Below the pieces are notes generated by a model that worked only from the letters and a program-made list of their open reading frames with translations, was not told the DNA's origin and did not search any database. A stretch of 41,005 nt of DNA from Fibrobacteria bacterium. GTDB taxonomy: Bacteria; Fibrobacterota; Fibrobacteria; UBA11236. This document shows positions 37,286-41,005 of this stretch, piece after piece (positions within the stretch are counted from its first letter, which is position 1; each line of letters opens with the position of its first letter). The stretch lies in contig JBGTHM010000062.1 in the NCBI GenBank assembly GCA_041746255.1, positions 1-41,005 of the forward strand, in the 5' to 3' direction. The position numbers and the translations under genes were made by a program.

Positions 37286-38839
37286 ATGGGTGCGTTGAAA
37301 GAGGAATTGCTGCGTCCCATTTCGCCGCAGGCATTCTGCGGAGAAGATGCGGGCTATGAACCCGAATTCGAAGCCGCGAAAGCGGAAATGGAAAAACTGT
37401 CGGGAAACGATTTCACCTCGATAGAAAACAATTGCCGAAAACTTTTATTGGAAAAATCCAAGGATATGCGCACCCTGGGGTTCTTTTGCCTGGCGGCTGG
37501 GCTTACCCGAGGGGTGGCCGCCTTCGGGGACGCGGTGTCGGCGTATGCGGAACTCGTGCAATCGCAATGGGATAATATTCATCCCGCCAGGCTTGCCGGC
37601 CGCGCCAATGCGCTGCGCTGGCTGAACGGCGATCGCGTATTGTCGCTGTTACGTACCCTGCAACCCGACACCTCGGCGCATGCCGAGCTCGCGGCCGCCG
37701 CCGAGGGCATGCAGGCCCTACGCCGTCTCAGCGAAGAAAAGTGGTTGGACAATACCCCGTCCTTCGGAAGTTTCACCAAGATAGTGGAGGAGCTGGCGGC
37801 GCAAAGCCGTCCCCGTGAAGAACCGAAATATGAGGAGCCGGCCTATGCGACAACCTCCGGTTCGGCTCCCGGGGGCCCGGAAAGCGCCTCTGGCGGTCCA
37901 GCTTCCGCTCCTGCCCCTGCTTTGGAATCGGTTTCCGATGCCGAAACCCTGATCCAGAAGTCGGCGCAATTGCTGCTTCGGGAGAAACCCTCGCATCCCC
38001 TGGGTTACCGGCTTATGCGCATGTTGCGGTGGGACGCCATCAATCAACTGCCCCCGAACGAAGGCGGCGCCACGCCCATTCCTCCTCCGGATGCCGAGTT
38101 GGCAGAGGTATTCGCCAACCTCTTTCAAAGCCGGGATTGGAACCACCTTTCCCAAGGAGCCGAAAACGCCTTCTCCCGCGACGACATGCTGATGTGGCTC
38201 GATTTGCAGCGTTATATTTGTACCGCTCTGGCCGGTTTGGGCGGAGAGTACACCGCATGTTCCGATGCCATCATCGTTGAGTTGGGTTTGCTGCTCAAGC
38301 GCCTGCCCGGGCTTGCGGGCCTGCAATTCGAAGGCGGCCGGCCTTTCGCGGATCCCTTGACGCGTGATTGGATCAACGATACCGTCAAAAAAGCGCTGGG
38401 CGGCGGCGGTGGTTCCGGCGGACCCAAGCTCAAGGGGGATATCGCCAAGGAATCTGAACAGGCGGCTAAAATGGTAGGGGAGGGTAAACTACAAGAGGCT
38501 CTGGCCTTATTACAGACGGGACTGGCCAACGATTCCACCGCCCGGAACGGTTTCCAACGGAAACTGCTGATGGCGGAGCTTTGCTACAAGTCACAAAAAT
38601 TTCAAATGGCCCTGGCCCTGTTGGAGGAGCTGCGCAAAGCCGTGGAGCGTTTTGCATTGGAGGAATGGGAGCCGGAATTGTGTGTTTCCCTCTATGCGCT
38701 GGCTTACAAGGCGCGTCAGGCGCTTTCCGGGGAGGCGGGAGAGGTGGAAAAGGACCGGCTCAGGGCGGCCAATTCGCTGGATTTCTCGCGGCTCAGTCGT
38801 CTCGATCCCCTGCAGGCCCTGGAATTGGATTTCCAATAA
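37286..38839 (+). CDS. tssA: T6SS TssA (ImpA N-terminal + VasJ-type domains)
   Basis: LLRPIS....CGED..YEPEF, SKDMR, WDNIHP.R, WLDLQR, FEGGRPFAD..T..WI and LEEWEP. Confidence 0.9.
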   Translation: MGALKEELLRPISPQAFCGEDAGYEPEFEAAKAEMEKLSGNDFTSIENNCRKLLLEKSKDMRTLGFFCLAAGLTRGVAAFGDAVSAYAELVQSQWDNIHPARLAGRANALRWLNGDRVLSLLRTLQPDTSAHAELAAAAEGMQALRRLSEEKWLDNTPSFGSFTKIVEELAAQSRPREEPKYEEPAYATTSGSAPGGPESASGGPASAPAPALESVSDAETLIQKSAQLLLREKPSHPLGYRLMRMLRWDAINQLPPNEGGATPIPPPDAELAEVFANLFQSRDWNHLSQGAENAFSRDDMLMWLDLQRYICTALAGLGGEYTACSDAIIVELGLLLKRLPGLAGLQFEGGRPFADPLTRDWINDTVKKALGGGGGSGGPKLKGDIAKESEQAAKMVGEGKLQEALALLQTGLANDSTARNGFQRKLLMAELCYKSQKFQMALALLEELRKAVERFALEEWEPELCVSLYALAYKARQALSGEAGEVEKDRLRAANSLDFSRLSRLDPLQALELDFQ

Positions 38840-38898
38840 TTCATGAAAAGACTATTATTTGACGCTATCGCGAATCACACTCTGCCAAGGAGAGAGCA

Positions 38899-39414
38899 AT
38901 GTCCGGGAATTTCCAAAATGAGATCCCTCCCGCCCGTGTCAATATCCAACTGAACGTAGACAAAGGCGACGCGCAGAAAAAAGTCGAGTTGCCCCTCAAA
39001 ATGTTGGTAATGGGCGATTTCTCACAAAAAGGGGATACCACCCGCTTTACGGATAAAGAAAAAATCTCCGTAAACAAGGATAATTTCAACCAGGTGATGG
39101 ATTCACTCGATTTAGGGCTTTCCCTCACCGTCGCCAATAAGCTGAATCCCGATGCCGGCGACATCAAGGTTGATTTGAAGTTCAAGGATATGAAATCTTT
39201 CGACCCCACCGAAATCGTGAAACAGGTTCCCCAGCTCAGCAATTTGCTGGCCGCGCGTAATCTGGTCAAAGATTTACGCTCGAACCTTTTAGACAATCGG
39301 GAGTTCCGCAAACGTCTGGAAGCCATCCTCAAGGATAAGACGGCCATGGAAAGCCTGCGAGCCGAACTCAATCAAATTGTTCCCATGGAAAACGGCGATA
39401 AAGCGAAAGCGTAA
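38899..39414 (+). CDS. tssB: T6SS contractile sheath small subunit TssB (VipA)
   Basis: FQNEIPPARVNI, KVELPLKMLVMGDFS and MKSFDP..IV.QVP. AAGGAG SD. Confidence 0.96.
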   Translation: MSGNFQNEIPPARVNIQLNVDKGDAQKKVELPLKMLVMGDFSQKGDTTRFTDKEKISVNKDNFNQVMDSLDLGLSLTVANKLNPDAGDIKVDLKFKDMKSFDPTEIVKQVPQLSNLLAARNLVKDLRSNLLDNREFRKRLEAILKDKTAMESLRAELNQIVPMENGDKAKA

Positions 39415-39488
39415 TAATGCTTTCCGGGTTATTGATGGCGGAACTAACAGCGCAAAAATCATCTTGCAGAAAATTTTAGGAGAGCGAA

Positions 39489-40976
39489 ATGGCTGAAAAT
39501 AAAAAAGAGCTCGAATTCATCTATGAAACCATGAACCTGAGTGTTCCCGAATCGCAGGTGGATATTTCCGCCTATCGCGATGCGGATTCGCTTTTCGACC
39601 ACAATACCAACGAGCGTATCGGCGCCGCCTTACGTGTTTTCGTCCAGAGCATATCCGACAGTTCGGTAACCGTCGATAAAATCGATAAGACCTTGCTCGA
39701 TCAGCAAATCGGCGCCATCGACGAAAAGATCAGCCGGCAGCTTGACGAGATTTTGCACCATCAGGAATTTCAAACCTTGGAATCAACTTGGCGCGGGCTC
39801 AAATTCATGGTGGACCGCACCAATTTCCGTAAGAACGTGAAAATTGAGATGCTGGACGTTTCCAAAGAAGCTCTCCAGCAGGATTTCGAAGACTCGCCGG
39901 AAACCATCCAAAGTGGTCTCTACAGGCATGTGTATACCCAGGAATACGATACCCCGGGTGGTGAGCCGGTCAGCGCCATCGTTTCCGCCTACGAATTCGA
40001 CTCCAAGCCTCAGGACATCGCCCTGTTGCAAAATCTTTCCAAGGTGGCCTCTTCCGCGCATTGCCCCTTTATCGGGTCGGTGGGACCCGCCTTTTTCCGC
40101 AAGCCGGAAATCAAGGAATTACCCGGCATCGAGGATTTGTCCAACTATATGGACCGCGCCGAATTCATCAAGTGGAGAGCCTTCCGGGAAACCGAAGAGG
40201 CCCGTTATGTGGGACTGGTCTTGCCGCGTTTCCTGTTGCGTCTTCCGTACAGCCATGAAACCGCGCCGCTCAAAGAGTTCAACTATACGGAGAGCGTCAC
40301 CGGTGAACAGCATGATCGATACCTTTGGGGCAACGCTTCTTTTGCTTTCGCCACCAACATGATCCGCTCTTTTCAGGACCACGGCTGGTGCGTACAGATT
40401 CGCGGTCCCGAATCCGGCGGTAAGGTCGAGGATTTACCCATCCACCTATACGACGTCGGTCGCGGCAACCAGATGAAGATTCCCACGGAAATCCTCATCC
40501 CGGAAACCCGTGAATTCGAATTCGCCAATCAGGGGTTCATTCCCCTGAGCTTTTACAAAAACCGTAATTATGCCTGCTTCTTTTCCGCGAACTCCATTCA
40601 AAAGCCACAGGTCTATGACGATCCCAATGTAACGGCCAATTCCCGCATCAATTCGCGTCTGCCTTATATTTTTCTGACTTCGCGTCTGGCGCATTATCTG
40701 AAGGTGATTCAGCGTGAAAACATCGGTGCGACCAAGAACGCAGCCATGTTGGAAACGGAACTGAATAACTGGATCAAACAATTGGTCACGGAAATGAAGA
40801 ATCCCAGCGCGGAATTGGCGGCTGAGCGGCCTCTTAGCGCCGCCAACGTTACGGTTAGCGAGTTGGAGGATAATCCCGGCTTTTTCAAAGTAGGCTTGTC
40901 GGTAAAGCCCCACTTTCAAGTGGAAGGCATCGACGTCAACCTGCAACTGGTCTCCCAAATGCCGAAGGGAAAATAA
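39489..40976 (+). CDS. tssC: T6SS contractile sheath large subunit TssC (VipB)
   Basis: FQTLESTWRGL, EYDTPGGEP, PRFLLRLPY, WGNA, IRGPESGGKVEDLP and SRLAHYLKVIQRENIG. Confidence 0.97.
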   Translation: MAENKKELEFIYETMNLSVPESQVDISAYRDADSLFDHNTNERIGAALRVFVQSISDSSVTVDKIDKTLLDQQIGAIDEKISRQLDEILHHQEFQTLESTWRGLKFMVDRTNFRKNVKIEMLDVSKEALQQDFEDSPETIQSGLYRHVYTQEYDTPGGEPVSAIVSAYEFDSKPQDIALLQNLSKVASSAHCPFIGSVGPAFFRKPEIKELPGIEDLSNYMDRAEFIKWRAFRETEEARYVGLVLPRFLLRLPYSHETAPLKEFNYTESVTGEQHDRYLWGNASFAFATNMIRSFQDHGWCVQIRGPESGGKVEDLPIHLYDVGRGNQMKIPTEILIPETREFEFANQGFIPLSFYKNRNYACFFSANSIQKPQVYDDPNVTANSRINSRLPYIFLTSRLAHYLKVIQRENIGATKNAAMLETELNNWIKQLVTEMKNPSAELAAERPLSAANVTVSELEDNPGFFKVGLSVKPHFQVEGIDVNLQLVSQMPKGK

Positions 40977-41005
40977 GGTTCCCATCGGGAGGCCGACCAG
41001 GTGAC

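Overview
A gene-dense bacterial chromosomal segment, most likely from a Fibrobacterota (FCB-group) organism. This assignment is an inference from a fibro-slime lipoprotein, GTGCA half-sites in the lexA promoter and recurring TATATTT promoter elements. The first ~31 kb hold housekeeping, envelope and signalling genes: acs, hisE-hisG, a peroxiredoxin, glgP, a divergent prs, a GT9 glycosyltransferase, a ComEC-type MBL hydrolase, a PEGA-domain Ser/Thr kinase, beta-barrel and OmpA proteins, an HDOD protein, lpxH, a RluA-family enzyme, a PAS-PP2C phosphatase, galE, an AAA+/VWA pair and lexA. The last ~9.5 kb are the start of a proteobacterial-type type VI secretion cluster (tssK-tssL-tssM-tssA-tssB-tssC) that probably continues past the right edge. 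No tssJ precedes tssK; a divergent PEGA/beta-barrel gene sits there instead, and TssL carries an N-terminal tandem QTLFG repeat that may be a phospho-Thr docking site. I saw no rRNA, tRNA, CRISPR array, transposase or integrase. All calls come from motif recognition; no database searches were run.
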